Shown: positions 19,241 to 30,277, counted from the first letter of the stretch. The stretch: DNA of 64,000 nt from Myxococcota bacterium (GCA_965140415.1 OZ223209.1:4448001-4512000), one strand, 5' to 3'. Notes: generated by a model from the letters alone, not told the origin. Translations and numbers: made by a program.

Positions 19241-20268
19241 GGCGTTTGAAACAGCCTTTCCATTAAAGGATCGGAGAACATCCGCTCCCAGTGTTTGTCG
19301 ATCTTGCCGCTCAAGGGCCGCAATTCAAGAACAACCGCCTGTACGTCATTGAGCAATTGCAGCAGATCTTCTACTTCCTTGGAGATCAATACCCGATCCC
19401 GTTCACCCTCATAGGAAAGCAGGCGCATCGAATACAGCGCGGCATCATGCCAGCAACCGGTCAGACTGGTCTGTACGGGATAAATGCCGGCGGCCCTGCG
19501 CGTCAACTCACGCAGCATCGCCGACACACGCGCCCAGCGAATGGATACATGCAACTGCACTTCCGCCTGTTGCTCCTCTTTAGGCGGCGCAAACAGCGCA
19601 AGACCAGAGAGCGGACCATCGTAAAAAACGTCATCAAGTCGCTCGACGGAAAGATCCTTCAAAGCCTGCACAAAGCGTGTCGTGCAGAAATCGACCACAT
19701 GCGGGTCGCCCTCGTAACCGATCTGCAACACGCAGCGGTCCGATTGCTCTTCCCCTTCCAGAAACAGCGCCTGCGAAGATTCGGCATCGTACAAGCGCAC
19801 GAACTGGGGCCGGTTCTTCTCCTGCACCTGGCGGCGCAAACAGGCCAGTGCATCGTCAACAAAGCGAAACGCCAGCGTCGTGACTCTCCCCTGTTCTGGA
19901 AGCGATTGTACGCGCAGCGTAAAACGGCGGATGTCCCCACCCCATTGCTTATTACCAGTCAGTAGATAGCGCAACCCCGGTCCGGCGGCAGAACGCGGCG
20001 ATAGCACCGTTTCAGCGATTTCTCCGCTATCGAAAGCCACCTTGACTGCCGCCAGCAGGCTTTGCGAATCGCCGTGTTTCAAATACGGCTCCAGCGCATA
20101 TCCACCGCAGAAAGCATCGGCGATGGTCAGTTCTTCGTCCGAACCGATATAACCCAGCGTAAAGCCCTTTTGCTGTAATTCCGCTTCCAACTCCAACCAG
20201 CGAAGCTCGCCAGAAACGGTGAGTAACATGGACTGCCGATCCAATTCATATTCGATGTGGTGACTCAT
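19237..20268 (-). CDS. FAD-binding oxidoreductase-like subunit (degenerate paralogue of the upstream gene)
   Basis: PRSAAGPGL motif and GFTLGY segment of the VAO/PCMH family; overlaps both neighbours by 4 nt. Confidence 0.7.
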   Translation of the reverse strand: MSHHIEYELDRQSMLLTVSGELRWLELEAELQQKGFTLGYIGSDEELTIADAFCGGYALEPYLKHGDSQSLLAAVKVAFDSGEIAETVLSPRSAAGPGLRYLLTGNKQWGGDIRRFTLRVQSLPEQGRVTTLAFRFVDDALACLRRQVQEKNRPQFVRLYDAESSQALFLEGEEQSDRCVLQIGYEGDPHVVDFCTTRFVQALKDLSVERLDDVFYDGPLSGLALFAPPKEEQQAEVQLHVSIRWARVSAMLRELTRRAAGIYPVQTSLTGCWHDAALYSMRLLSYEGERDRVLISKEVEDLLQLLNDVQAVVLELRPLSGKIDKHWERMFSDPLMERLFQTP

Positions 20269-21848
20269 GACGGCGTCCCCAGCTTTCCCGGATTCATTAC
20301 ACTTTCAGGGTCCAGTTTGGCTTTGAGCTTCTTATACAGCGGCCACAGACGGCCATACTCGGCAGGCAGCATGGCGCCCTTACTGAAACCAACTCCGTGA
20401 TGATGAGTAATAGTCGCGCTCATGGCGTGCACGGCAGATAAAGCGTTACGCCACACGCGGGCGTGTTGATGCTCCATCCGCTCGGTCGAGGAAGCCGAAG
20501 AGGCGAAGGAAAAATAGATGCAGCAGCCGTCGCGATAAGCATGGGAGAAATGCGCCATGATAAAGGCGTCCGGTGCAACCGCTTTTTTAACGGCCTGATA
20601 CAGCACCGGAACATTGCTCCAGGTCGTGGCGACTTCCATCGTATCCACCCAGCCGTCCGCATCGAAAATCTTCGACTGCTTGTAGGAGATCGCATAACGA
20701 TGCTCCAGCCAGTAGCGGGCCGGACCTTCCCCGGCATCGCGTCCGCGATTGTCCAGGCAGATCGAGCGGATCTGCCCGGCTTCGAACTGCGCCAGATCCC
20801 GCTCTCCCTCGGTCAATACCACCAGCAGGCAGCGCCCCGGAAGCTTGTCGATCAGGCGATTGAGAATCCCCGGTCGCCGCAGTGCCTGGGTTAAGGAACG
20901 ACGCTTGAGCAGGCCAAAGGCATCGCCGAACGCCTTACGCAATAGCGAAGGCATCTCCTCCTCTGCGCCCTGCTGATCTTCTCCGGGATCACCATGCGTT
21001 CCGGCGATGATCGTGTCGAACTCGTCATAGAGCCGCAACACGCAAGGTTCGTAGCCCTGCTGCATCACGCCACGCATGGCTTCCAGGCCACGCTCGATGG
21101 AAGGAAAGTGAAACGCGAGAAATTCACGATGCTTGGGCAGGGGATGTACACGCATCCAGGCACGGGTAATTACCGCAAGCGTCCCCTCCGACCCGATTAT
21201 GATCTGATTCCAGTCCGCACGCGATGCGCCACTGGAAGAAGCCGAGGTGCGATGGATGGAGCCATCCGGCAGCACGAATTCCAACGCCACTACCATATCT
21301 TCGATCTTGCCGTAGCGACTGGACATCTGCCCGGCAGAACGCGCCGCCAGATAGCCGCCCAGGGTGGAACAGTAAATCGAACTGGGAAAATGTCCCATGG
21401 TATAGCCGAGCGGATTCAGGCGACGCTCCAGGGTTTCTCCGTAGATACCCGGTCCAAGTTCCGCCACCAATGACTCGCTGTCGATGCCATGGATTTCGTC
21501 CATCCGCTTCAGGTTCAGTGCAATACCGCCGGTAAAGGGAATCGTCCCTCCACAGACGCCGCTCCCCGCTCCATACGGGATCACCGGAATCCGATGCTCA
21601 CTTGCCCAGCGCAACAATGCAGAAACTTCTTCCGCTGTGGCGGGGCTGACAACCGCATCCGGTGGATGGGGAACATGACCGCGCTTGGTCCAGAGCACGC
21701 TGCGCGGCCACATGTCGCGGGAATGAACAAGGCGATCCGCCATGGCAATGGAGACATGCTCCGCCCCAACAATCCCCGACAATTCCTCCAAATGCTCGGA
21801 GGAAAAAGTCGATGCTTTGAATAATGGCCTCACGGTTAGATCTTTCAA
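20265..21848 (-). CDS. Alkyl-dihydroxyacetonephosphate synthase-like FAD oxidoreductase
   Basis: PYGAGSGVCGG, GHFPSSIYCSTLGG, RSAGQMSSRYGKIEDMV, GSEGTL, HFSHAY.DG, HHHGVG. Confidence 0.8.
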   Translation of the reverse strand: MKDLTVRPLFKASTFSSEHLEELSGIVGAEHVSIAMADRLVHSRDMWPRSVLWTKRGHVPHPPDAVVSPATAEEVSALLRWASEHRIPVIPYGAGSGVCGGTIPFTGGIALNLKRMDEIHGIDSESLVAELGPGIYGETLERRLNPLGYTMGHFPSSIYCSTLGGYLAARSAGQMSSRYGKIEDMVVALEFVLPDGSIHRTSASSSGASRADWNQIIIGSEGTLAVITRAWMRVHPLPKHREFLAFHFPSIERGLEAMRGVMQQGYEPCVLRLYDEFDTIIAGTHGDPGEDQQGAEEEMPSLLRKAFGDAFGLLKRRSLTQALRRPGILNRLIDKLPGRCLLVVLTEGERDLAQFEAGQIRSICLDNRGRDAGEGPARYWLEHRYAISYKQSKIFDADGWVDTMEVATTWSNVPVLYQAVKKAVAPDAFIMAHFSHAYRDGCCIYFSFASSASSTERMEHQHARVWRNALSAVHAMSATITHHHGVGFSKGAMLPAEYGRLWPLYKKLKAKLDPESVMNPGKLGTPS

Positions 21849-21884
21849 CGACTTGATGGTTTAGGCCAGGCGAACGGTAAAACC

Positions 21885-22388
21885 TTATTTCATCAACAGA
21901 TCGGCGGCATCGCGCACGCCTTTGATGAGCTTGTCTTCGCCGCTCACTTCGTGAGTCACACGCTTTTCGATCTTCTTGGAGACGGTGGAAATCAGGCTCA
22001 GGCTGATCACGAATGTTTTCCCGACTTTACCGATGGTTCCATTTACGAGGTAGGGCGATTCCAGCAACTTTCCAATAGCCTCATAACAGGCATCGTCATC
22101 GCAACTGCCCAATAACGCCGTCTGCTGCGCCGAAGCCAGAATGGCATTGACGTCGGAGGCGCAGATCACGTTGTACTTTTTGTGCGTCATCAGCCGCGTG
22201 CACAGCACGTCCGTCAAGGTGGCGGCAGTATCGGCATCCACACCTTTTCCACCCAGGGTTTTAATCGCCATGCGGGCAGCCGGTTCGCTCTTTTTAGCCG
22301 CCGGTTCAGCCGCTACCGCCATCTGCATCCACAACAGACATAGGGCCATCAGCACTACGATGATCGTCAAGCCAGCACGTTTCATCAT
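21885..22388 (-). CDS. Secreted protein, CsgG/TolB-N/DUF2380-like fold
   Basis: Signal peptide; LGSCDDDACYEAIG and GTIGKVG pattern. Confidence 0.6.
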   Translation of the reverse strand: MMKRAGLTIIVVLMALCLLWMQMAVAAEPAAKKSEPAARMAIKTLGGKGVDADTAATLTDVLCTRLMTHKKYNVICASDVNAILASAQQTALLGSCDDDACYEAIGKLLESPYLVNGTIGKVGKTFVISLSLISTVSKKIEKRVTHEVSGEDKLIKGVRDAADLLMK

Positions 22389-22450
22389 GTTTCCTCCCGC
22401 TCTTTCGGTTTGTCCGAAAAAAATAGTTCCTCATTTTGAGCAACTGATTC

Positions 22451-23296
22451 TCATTTCAAAATCACCACATCTCCGGAAGCCAATCCTTCTTCCGACCGGA
22501 TACGCGCAAGCGAACCGACCACCCGTTCGATGTGGCAACGTCCTTCGCTTCCATCCTTTTTGGCGATCCGGCAATTCATCTCCTTCGCAACTCCGTCGCG
22601 ATGACCTTTGTCGATCCAAGCCTTGACGCCTTTGACTTTCGTTACCTTTGCGCGTAACCCGACTTTCGAACTCTTCTTTGCAACCTGTTTTTTGTTGGAT
22701 GCTTCATCGTGTACCCCAAGCATCCGGCGAATATCCTGTTCGATGCGCTTGATTTCCGATGCTTCACCACCCACATACATGGTTTTGATACGGCCATCGG
22801 GCGCGATCAAAAAAGAAGCCGGCAGGTTGAATTCGTCATCGAAATAGCGCCTGGCTACGATGTTCATCCGGTCAGACAGCACAGCAAACGAAGGTTTCTG
22901 TTTCTTTACATAGCGAGTCGCTTTCTCCAAGCCTTCGCCGTCGCGATCGATATTGACCATGATCACAACCAGTCCACGATCACGGTATTTCGCCTCGATC
23001 TGCTGGATCTGCGGAAACTCGGCCATGCAGGGTTTGCACCAGGAGGCGAAAAATCCCAACAATAGCGCCTTCGCCGGAGCTTTCGCGTCCTCACCTACAT
23101 AGTTGTCCGGGTAAACAACCGATGCTTCTCCAGCCGCCGGAACCAATCGCTTCAATCCAAACGTTTCAAAGAACTGCCCGGTCTGTACTTTGCTGCCCGC
23201 CCAGGCGACGGTCGACCCGAAAAGAAGGCCAACGACCACGGCAACGAATCCTGCGTATCGACTAAATCCACTCATATTTCGCCAACTTGCTTCCAC
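22451..23296 (-). CDS. TlpA-family thiol:disulfide redoxin with C-terminal beta extension
   Basis: Signal anchor, FFASWCKPC, LPASFLI. Confidence 0.85.
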   Translation of the reverse strand: MEASWRNMSGFSRYAGFVAVVVGLLFGSTVAWAGSKVQTGQFFETFGLKRLVPAAGEASVVYPDNYVGEDAKAPAKALLLGFFASWCKPCMAEFPQIQQIEAKYRDRGLVVIMVNIDRDGEGLEKATRYVKKQKPSFAVLSDRMNIVARRYFDDEFNLPASFLIAPDGRIKTMYVGGEASEIKRIEQDIRRMLGVHDEASNKKQVAKKSSKVGLRAKVTKVKGVKAWIDKGHRDGVAKEMNCRIAKKDGSEGRCHIERVVGSLARIRSEEGLASGDVVILK

Positions 23297-23536
23297 GTTC
23301 GAATGTAGCTCACATCTCGATAATTGATAGATGACTCGCCTGCATCGTAGCGCGGAACGGCATGAGGCGTCAAGTTCTTATTCGGTCATGAACCCCCGCA
23401 AAAACAACAGGTTGACGCAACTTCCTCTCCTCCCAAAGGATAGCCCATGCGCCCATTCAGCCAACTGTCAAAGTTCGACCGTAAAACGGGCGCGAGTATT
23501 CAAAAGGAATGAAAAAAAGTCTCTGGATAAGGAATG

Positions 23537-24163
23537 TCAACTGCGAACGATAGACAGAATCTGCTCGCTGATCAGATCCATGGACAGGCTGCCATCCAGC
23601 ACGAACGCTTTGCTATCCTGCTTGAACAAGGCATCGTAATTGGCCACGACTTTCTCTAAAAAGTCTCTCTTTTCATAGATTTCCTTCTGGGTACGCCCCT
23701 GAATGCGTTTCAGTGCCTGCTCGGCTGAAAGTTGCAGGTACAACACCACATCCGGCTGCAAGGCCTTTTTATTCAGTTCGCGTATCCAGTCGATATCCCC
23801 CTCAACCCCTTGATAGGCGATGGTGCTGTAGTAATAGCGGTCGCAGATAACTGCCGCTCCTCGTTCCAACGCCGGAAGAATCAGCGTCTGTAAGTGATCC
23901 AGCCGATCGGCGGAAAAAAGCAGACTCATGCTGTCTGCATTCAAAGGCTGGGGACCGTCGGGACCGGGAGCGACCAGCCGCCCTCCCAGCACCTGGCGGA
24001 TCATATTGCCGATGGGACCGCTGGTGGGTTCCTGGGTATAAATAGCTTCCTGTCCCATTTCCGAAAAACGACGCACCAAGCGCCTGGCCTGGGTGGTGGT
24101 GCCTGCACCGTCGATGCCTTCCAGCACAATGAAAATGCCTTTCCGATCCGTCACGTTCATCAC
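23537..24163 (-). CDS. tmk: Thymidylate kinase
   Basis: FIVLEGIDGAGTTTQ, EP, LLFSADR, DRYYYSTIAYQG; true start may be 24154-24160. Confidence 0.92.
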   Translation of the reverse strand: MMNVTDRKGIFIVLEGIDGAGTTTQARRLVRRFSEMGQEAIYTQEPTSGPIGNMIRQVLGGRLVAPGPDGPQPLNADSMSLLFSADRLDHLQTLILPALERGAAVICDRYYYSTIAYQGVEGDIDWIRELNKKALQPDVVLYLQLSAEQALKRIQGRTQKEIYEKRDFLEKVVANYDALFKQDSKAFVLDGSLSMDLISEQILSIVRS

Positions 24164-24498
24164 TCCTTGAAGCGGTTAGCGGTTTTAGGCAGTGTACCTT
24201 AACGAACGAAATGGGGATAGGAAAAAGAGATTCTTCTCCCATCACATCTGACTTTCTGGAAAACAAGCAGGATCTCTTCGTTGCCATCTCCGACGCCGGG
24301 TGCAATACAAGAAATTGCGAACCTGCTGATTACAGTGTGGCACGGGCCAAGCCGCATACTTGCCCGTGTTCGAGAACCACATGGGCAAGCTCCGTTTCTC
24401 TCCGCTTCGCCCACGCCACCCGCCGCGAGAGCGAGCGATGGAGAAGGATGGCAACGGGCCATCCTCGATAGTGTGTCTTGTCCCTCTTCATAAACCGA

Positions 24499-24533
24499 CA
24501 ATCCCCGAAACGGGAAATCCGCTTCGGGGATTG
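24499..24533 (-). terminator. Hairpin downstream of tpiA (probable terminator of gap-pgk-tpiA)
   Basis: CAATCCCCGAA...TTCGGGGATTG 11-bp stem, 43 nt past the stop codon. Confidence 0.6.
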
Positions 24534-24575
24534 CAAGAGGCTCACCTGCAACAAACGTTGCAGAAGTGTTCTCAA

Positions 24576-25334
24576 TCAGGCTTGCGTGAAGTTCACGATG
24601 CGTGCAAAGGAATCCACCTTCAACGACGCGCCACCCACCAGTGCGCCATCGATGTCCTTCATGGACATCAGCGTATCGACGTTATCCGGTTTGACCGAAC
24701 CGCCGTACTGGATGCGAATGGCTTCGCTGACTTCCTGGCCATAGCGCATTTCCAGTTTTTTGCGAATGAACGCATGGACATCCTGCGCCTGTTCCGGGGT
24801 CGCGGTGCGACCGGTGCCGATCGCCCAGATCGGTTCGTAAGCCACCACCAGTTTGGCCGCGTCTCCGAACGGAATGTCCTTGAAAGCTTCTTCAAGCTGG
24901 TAGCCGATCTTATCGAAGGTCATCTTGCGTTCGCGCTCATCCAACGACTCACCAACGCAAACGATTGGAATCAGACCGAATTCCAGCGCCGCCTTGATCT
25001 TGGCGTTAATAAAAGCATCCGATTCGTGAAAATACTGGCGACGCTCGGAATGCCCCAGAATCACATGGCTCATACCCATGTCCTTCAGCATTGCCGGGCT
25101 GGTTTCACCGGTATAAGCACCTTCAGCCATCGGATACAGATTCTGACCACCCACCATGATCGGGCTTCCCTTTGCCGCTTCGGCAACTGTCGCCAGCGCC
25201 ACGGCAGGCGGGCAAACCAGCGCTTCCACGCCGGAAGGCTGACCAACGGCTTCGATCAGTTCACGCACAAAGGCCGCTCCCTCTGCGGGAGTTTTGTACA
25301 TTTTCCAGTTACCGGCCATCAGTGGTGTTCTCAT
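24576..25334 (-). CDS. tpiA: Triosephosphate isomerase
   Basis: AGNWKM, GHSERR, AYEPIWAIGTG, YGGSV, LVGGASL. Confidence 0.98.
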   Translation of the reverse strand: MRTPLMAGNWKMYKTPAEGAAFVRELIEAVGQPSGVEALVCPPAVALATVAEAAKGSPIMVGGQNLYPMAEGAYTGETSPAMLKDMGMSHVILGHSERRQYFHESDAFINAKIKAALEFGLIPIVCVGESLDERERKMTFDKIGYQLEEAFKDIPFGDAAKLVVAYEPIWAIGTGRTATPEQAQDVHAFIRKKLEMRYGQEVSEAIRIQYGGSVKPDNVDTLMSMKDIDGALVGGASLKVDSFARIVNFTQA

Positions 25335-25347
25335 GATTCACCTCTTC

Positions 25348-26529
25348 CTATTTTTCCAATGCGGCAATGCCAGGCAGCTTTTTGCCTTCCATAAATTCAA
25401 GCGATGCACCACCGCCGGTGGAGATATGCGTAATCCGGTCCGCCACTCCGGCACGATTGACCGCCGCCACCGAATCGCCACCACCGATGATCGAAACGGC
25501 ATCGCTTTCGGCAACCGCTTGAGCTAACGCCATGGTTCCCTCGGCAAAAGGCTTCTTCTCGAAAACACCCATCGGGCCGTTCCAGAAGATGGTCTTGGCT
25601 TTTTTGACTTCCTCGGCAAAGGCCGCGCGTGCCTTGGGACCGATATCCAGACCCATTTCCATATCACCGAATTCACCACTGTAGACTACACGCGTTTTCG
25701 CCTCGTCCGTGATCTCTTCAGACACGACGTGATCCTCTGGCAGCATCAGCTTGACATCGCGGGCTTTAGCTCCCTTGACGATCTTCAAAGCGAATTCCAC
25801 CCGGTCCTTTTCCAACAGCGATTTCCCGATGGAAAAGCCCTGAGCTTTCAGGAAAGTGTAGGCCATGCCGCCACCGACGATAATGCTGTCGGTCTTGTCC
25901 AGCAGGTTGTCCAATACGCCCATCTTGTCGCTGAGCTTGGCTCCGCCCAGAATCGCCACAAAGGGTCGCGCAGGCTCCAACACGGCCTTGGAAAGGTTCT
26001 CCACTTCCTTTTCGATCAGGAATCCCGCCGCCACTTCTTTTACAAAGCGCGTTACGCCTACGGTCGAGGCATGGGCGCGATGCGCGGTGCCGAAAGCGTC
26101 GTTGACGTACACGTCGCACATGACCGCCAGTTTCTTGGCGAAATTCTCGTCGTTGTCCGTTTCTTCCTTGTGGAAGCGCAAATTTTCCAGCAGCACGACC
26201 TGACCGGAACGCACATCCATCACGACTTTCTTTGCGCCGTCGCCGACACAGTCGTCCGTTAACAATACGTCGCGGTTAAGCAGCTCGGCCAATCGAGCCG
26301 CAACCGGCTCCAAGGACATTTCCTTTACGACCTTGCCTTTGGGGCGTCCGAGGTGCGACATCAGAATCAGCCGCGCCCCCTGGTCGATAATGTGCTTGAT
26401 GCTCGGCAGCGCCTTCTGAATGCGGGTATCGTCGGCGACCTTGCCATCTTTGATCGGGCAGTTGAAATCCACCCGCATCAAGACCCGCTTTTCGTTCAGT
26501 TCCAAGTCTTTCAATAAGCGAATGCCCAT
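25348..26529 (-). CDS. pgk: Phosphoglycerate kinase
   Basis: [43 protein letters not shown]. Confidence 0.98.
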   Translation of the reverse strand: MGIRLLKDLELNEKRVLMRVDFNCPIKDGKVADDTRIQKALPSIKHIIDQGARLILMSHLGRPKGKVVKEMSLEPVAARLAELLNRDVLLTDDCVGDGAKKVVMDVRSGQVVLLENLRFHKEETDNDENFAKKLAVMCDVYVNDAFGTAHRAHASTVGVTRFVKEVAAGFLIEKEVENLSKAVLEPARPFVAILGGAKLSDKMGVLDNLLDKTDSIIVGGGMAYTFLKAQGFSIGKSLLEKDRVEFALKIVKGAKARDVKLMLPEDHVVSEEITDEAKTRVVYSGEFGDMEMGLDIGPKARAAFAEEVKKAKTIFWNGPMGVFEKKPFAEGTMALAQAVAESDAVSIIGGGDSVAAVNRAGVADRITHISTGGGASLEFMEGKKLPGIAALEK

Positions 26530-26538
26530 GACATCCTC

Positions 26539-27555
26539 CTAGGCGTTCATTGCGTATTTCGCCAGATCGATCATACGAGTCGAATAACCGGTCTCGTTGT
26601 CGTACCAGGTAATGACCTTGACCTGCTTGCCTTCACCGCCCAACACGCGCGTCATCAGCGAATCGAAGGTGCTGCTTACCGCCGCGCCGTTGAAATCGTT
26701 GGAAACCAGCGGTTCGTCCGTATAGGCCAGAACGCCCTTCAGTTCTCCCTCAGCCGCTTCTTTGATCGCCGCATTGATCTGCTCGGCGGTTACGGCAGTG
26801 CTCAGGTTGGCGGTCAGATCCACCAGCGAAACATTCGGTGTGGGAACGCGAATGGCAAAGCCGTCCAGTTTACCGTTCAATTCCGGGATAACCAGGCCAA
26901 CGGCTTTAGCCGCACCGGTGGTGGTCGGAATCATCGAAACCGCCGCCGCACGGGCGCGACGCAGATCCTTGTGGCCCGCGTCCAGCGTGTGCTGGTCGTT
27001 GGTGTAGGAATGGATGGTGGTCATCAGGCCGCCCTCGATACCGAATTTGTCGTGCAGTACGCGCGCCACCGGAGCCAGGCAGTTGGTGGTGCAGGAAGCA
27101 TTGCTGATGATCTTGTGCTTATTCGGATCGAAGGTCTTGTGGTTGACGCCCATCACGAAGGTGCCATCCACTTCGTCCGCTTCTTTCTTCGGGCGCGATA
27201 CGATGACGAATTTCACACCGGCTTCGATGAACTTCTGTAACTTGGCTTTACCAACGATTTTTCCGGTGCATTCGAACACCACATCCGCCGAAGCGAAATT
27301 CTTGGCGACCTGATCGACATCGGTAGTCGAATAAATCGGAATGTTTTTGCCGTTAACGGCGATGCCGTTTTCACTGGCTTCCACCGTGGCATTCAAGCGA
27401 CCGTGAACCGAATCGTACTTGAGCAGGTGGATGCTCGTGGGAACCGGGGTCAGATCGTTGATGCCGACCACTTCCACATCGTCATAGCCCAGAGTCTGAC
27501 GAAATACGACGCGACCAATGCGACCAAAACCGTTGATAGCGACTTTAATACCCAT
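26539..27555 (-). CDS. gap: Type I glyceraldehyde-3-phosphate dehydrogenase
   Basis: INGFGRIGR, SNASCTTNCLAP, WYDNE; ATG at 27555 after AAAGGAG. Confidence 0.98.
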   Translation of the reverse strand: MGIKVAINGFGRIGRVVFRQTLGYDDVEVVGINDLTPVPTSIHLLKYDSVHGRLNATVEASENGIAVNGKNIPIYSTTDVDQVAKNFASADVVFECTGKIVGKAKLQKFIEAGVKFVIVSRPKKEADEVDGTFVMGVNHKTFDPNKHKIISNASCTTNCLAPVARVLHDKFGIEGGLMTTIHSYTNDQHTLDAGHKDLRRARAAAVSMIPTTTGAAKAVGLVIPELNGKLDGFAIRVPTPNVSLVDLTANLSTAVTAEQINAAIKEAAEGELKGVLAYTDEPLVSNDFNGAAVSSTFDSLMTRVLGGEGKQVKVITWYDNETGYSTRMIDLAKYAMNA

Positions 27556-27751
27556 TACTTTTCTCCTTTTCAAAGTTTCTTGAATGTTCCAAACTACTCA
27601 GGTTGACAGGTTTCCGACATTAACAATGTCCAGTAATTCTTTTCTCTTAATTACACCATCCACATCTACTCTCACTACTGCGAATGTTTTCCCCCTCGTA
27701 AACTTTTTCAGCCTTGTTCCATACAACCCATCCCGAATCAGCCGTCCGGGT

Positions 27752-28936
27752 TCACTTGTTTTTTCCCCACAGCGGCAGTTCGCTCGCAGCAGGAGTTTCC
27801 GAAGATGACTCGGAATCCGACTTATTGCCGGAAAAACGAATGGAATTGGTGAATCCACCCTTGGGGGCGGGTTTGTCCGTGGGTCGGGGTCGTTTGCGCC
27901 CTGGCGGCGCAGCCTCCGGCTTTGGAGTTGCAGCGGAAGCGACCGGAGCGGGCGCTTCGCCGTTATCATCCCTTTTAGCGGGGCCTGACCAGCGGTAGAG
28001 GTAGCGGTTGTACATTTTCTGATAGTTTGACCAACGATCGTTCGAGGTTTCTTCGTCCAGAATGGCCTGAAAACTGTAGATGCGCGCGTCCATATCATCC
28101 AATGCGGAGAGCACCATCGCTTCCATGATTTTGGGACGTTTCGGCGAACCGAACTCAAGCATCCCATGATGGGCTAGAATCATGTGTGTAATCAACATCT
28201 TGAGATCTTCGGGAAAATCCCCAAGCTCCCGGATTCTGTCGTTGAGCATTTCCACACCGATCGTAATGTGACCGATCAAACGGCCTTCATCGGTGTAACC
28301 CAGCGTTCGTTCGTATTCCAGTTCGCGCACTTTTCCAAGATCGTGGAAAAAGATTCCCGCCAGCAGCATGGATTCATCGACCTGCGGGTAGTGACCGCAA
28401 ACCAGTTTCCCAAGTTTGGCCAGCGAAAGAGTATGCTCCAGCAAGCCACCCAGAAATGGATGGTGAATCGCCTTGGCAGCCGGGGCGCGCACGTACTTTT
28501 TGAGGAAGTCTTCGTCATCCAGAAAAGATAAAATCAGGCGGCGGATATCCTCGTTGGGCAAGGGTTCGATCAATCCCCGCAGTTCCGCCAGCATCTGCTT
28601 CGTACCGAAGGAGGAAGTCGGCATGAAATCCGCAGGATCGACATCGTCTGCGGAAATGCGCCTGATATTGCCAACGCGCATCTGCAATTTGCCGTTATAA
28701 GTCGTAACGGTCGCCTTGACTTTAACGTAATCTCCTTCTTCGAACTGACCGGATAACGATTCGACGTTATCCCACACTTTGGCATCGACCGAACCGGTTT
28801 TATCCACCAGAGTCAACGCCAGATAAGGCAGCCCCGTTTTCCCGGTGAAACTACCCTTATTTTGACATAAAAAGACCGTAACGATCTGATCGTTCGGCTG
28901 TAACTCATTCACATACGTTTTTACAACATCCAACAT
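27752..28936 (-). CDS. yhaM: OB-fold/HD-domain 3'-5' exoribonuclease YhaM family
   Basis: N-terminal OB fold (DKTGSVDAKVW), PAAKAIHH...GGLLEH, HDLGK, HHG..EFGSP. Confidence 0.85.
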   Translation of the reverse strand: MLDVVKTYVNELQPNDQIVTVFLCQNKGSFTGKTGLPYLALTLVDKTGSVDAKVWDNVESLSGQFEEGDYVKVKATVTTYNGKLQMRVGNIRRISADDVDPADFMPTSSFGTKQMLAELRGLIEPLPNEDIRRLILSFLDDEDFLKKYVRAPAAKAIHHPFLGGLLEHTLSLAKLGKLVCGHYPQVDESMLLAGIFFHDLGKVRELEYERTLGYTDEGRLIGHITIGVEMLNDRIRELGDFPEDLKMLITHMILAHHGMLEFGSPKRPKIMEAMVLSALDDMDARIYSFQAILDEETSNDRWSNYQKMYNRYLYRWSGPAKRDDNGEAPAPVASAATPKPEAAPPGRKRPRPTDKPAPKGGFTNSIRFSGNKSDSESSSETPAASELPLWGKNK

Positions 28937-29554
28937 CCGATTCTCCAATAAATCACCACAAATTGGAAAACTATGGTAGCACGACTCCAACCAAGGTCAA
29001 GCCTATTCAGTTATATTTACACCTTCTATCAAGGATATACTTCCTTTTAAAAAGACGTTGTTAGACCACCTTGCCTTCACTGCCCTCTCCTTGTTTTTTA
29101 GATACAATACCGCCGTTTTAAGTTGGAGAGATTTCACGTTCGACTTATGCCATCGAATCCAGGGAAACATTGCGTACACGTTTCCACTGGAAAAGGAATT
29201 CGTTAACAGCCCACACACAATCGCCAGGCTTTCTTTTCACATCAACCATCTTGACGTCCCTGATCTTCCCACAATCGTAACGCAATAGCCGACAACTAAT
29301 CTTTCACTATAGTTTCAAATAGTTACGCCACATCGCATTCCACATATTCTCACAATCCGTAATGTAGTAAACAACTAACTAAAAGCAAGTATAGAAGACA
29401 CCCTTTACTACTTTTTCCTTTTGAAACCGTTTTATTAAAAAACGATTGAGGTGGTACGCAAAGGCTTGAACCTCCGACCGGGCTGTGGTAATGAAAAGGA
29501 CATCGATTCTCGAATGAATCGGGTGATATTGTCAACAAGCAAGGAGCGTGTATC

Positions 29555-30277
29555 ATGGCCATAACCTTTCCCATTCTGATTATCACCGGACGCCCGGCAG
29601 CCGGAAAAAGCGAGGTCATCGACTTTCTCAAGCGTGTACCGGTCATCAAGCGCGCAGAGACTCTGCACATCGGTCCATTCGAAGAACTGGATGACTTCCC
29701 CTATCTGTGGGAAAAATTCGAAGAAGACGACATGTTGGAAAAAAGCGGTCGCGAGCGGCTGCATTCCGATTCGAAATATTATTTCAAAGACGAGTGGTTC
29801 TGGGATTTCATGATCGAAAAGATCAACCTGGAACTGCGCAAGAAAATGGCTAAAAAGCCCACACTGTTCGAAGACGGCAACACCGTCGTGATCGAATGGG
29901 CGCGTGGCGGTGAAAACGGAATCCGTCATTGCCTGGACGTGCATTGCGACGAAATCCTGGAACGCGCCGCCGTGATGTACATCGACGTGACCTACGAGGA
30001 ATCCGTACGCAAGAATCATCGCCGCGCCCGTCCGGGCGAGGAAGACAGCATTCTGTACCACTCGCTGCCCGACGAAAAAATGGACTTCTACTACAAAGTG
30101 AACGACTGGCAGGAAATCGCCGGGGATCAACTGGGCGGTTACATCGACGTGCGTGGCTTCAAGGTGCCTTATTCCGTGCTGCCCAACATGCCGGAAGTCA
30201 CCGATGCAGACGAAAAACTCGGTCCGGCGCTGGCGGAATCGCTCAAGCGCCTGTGGAAACTGTACACCGAGAAATGA
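29555..30277 (+). CDS. P-loop NTPase / nucleoside-kinase-like protein of unknown function
   Basis: Walker A GRPAAGKS; AAGGAG RBS; biased codon usage. Confidence 0.7.
   Translation: MAITFPILIITGRPAAGKSEVIDFLKRVPVIKRAETLHIGPFEELDDFPYLWEKFEEDDMLEKSGRERLHSDSKYYFKDEWFWDFMIEKINLELRKKMAKKPTLFEDGNTVVIEWARGGENGIRHCLDVHCDEILERAAVMYIDVTYEESVRKNHRRARPGEEDSILYHSLPDEKMDFYYKVNDWQEIAGDQLGGYIDVRGFKVPYSVLPNMPEVTDADEKLGPALAESLKRLWKLYTEK

Noticed and set aside
24199-24575. secG or another CDS downstream of tpiA
   Set aside because: None of the ORFs has SecG-like transmembrane segments or plausible composition
29003-29550. Small ORFs in the AT-rich region between yhaM and the P-loop gene
   Set aside because: No convincing RBS, motif or codon bias; consistent with a divergent promoter region
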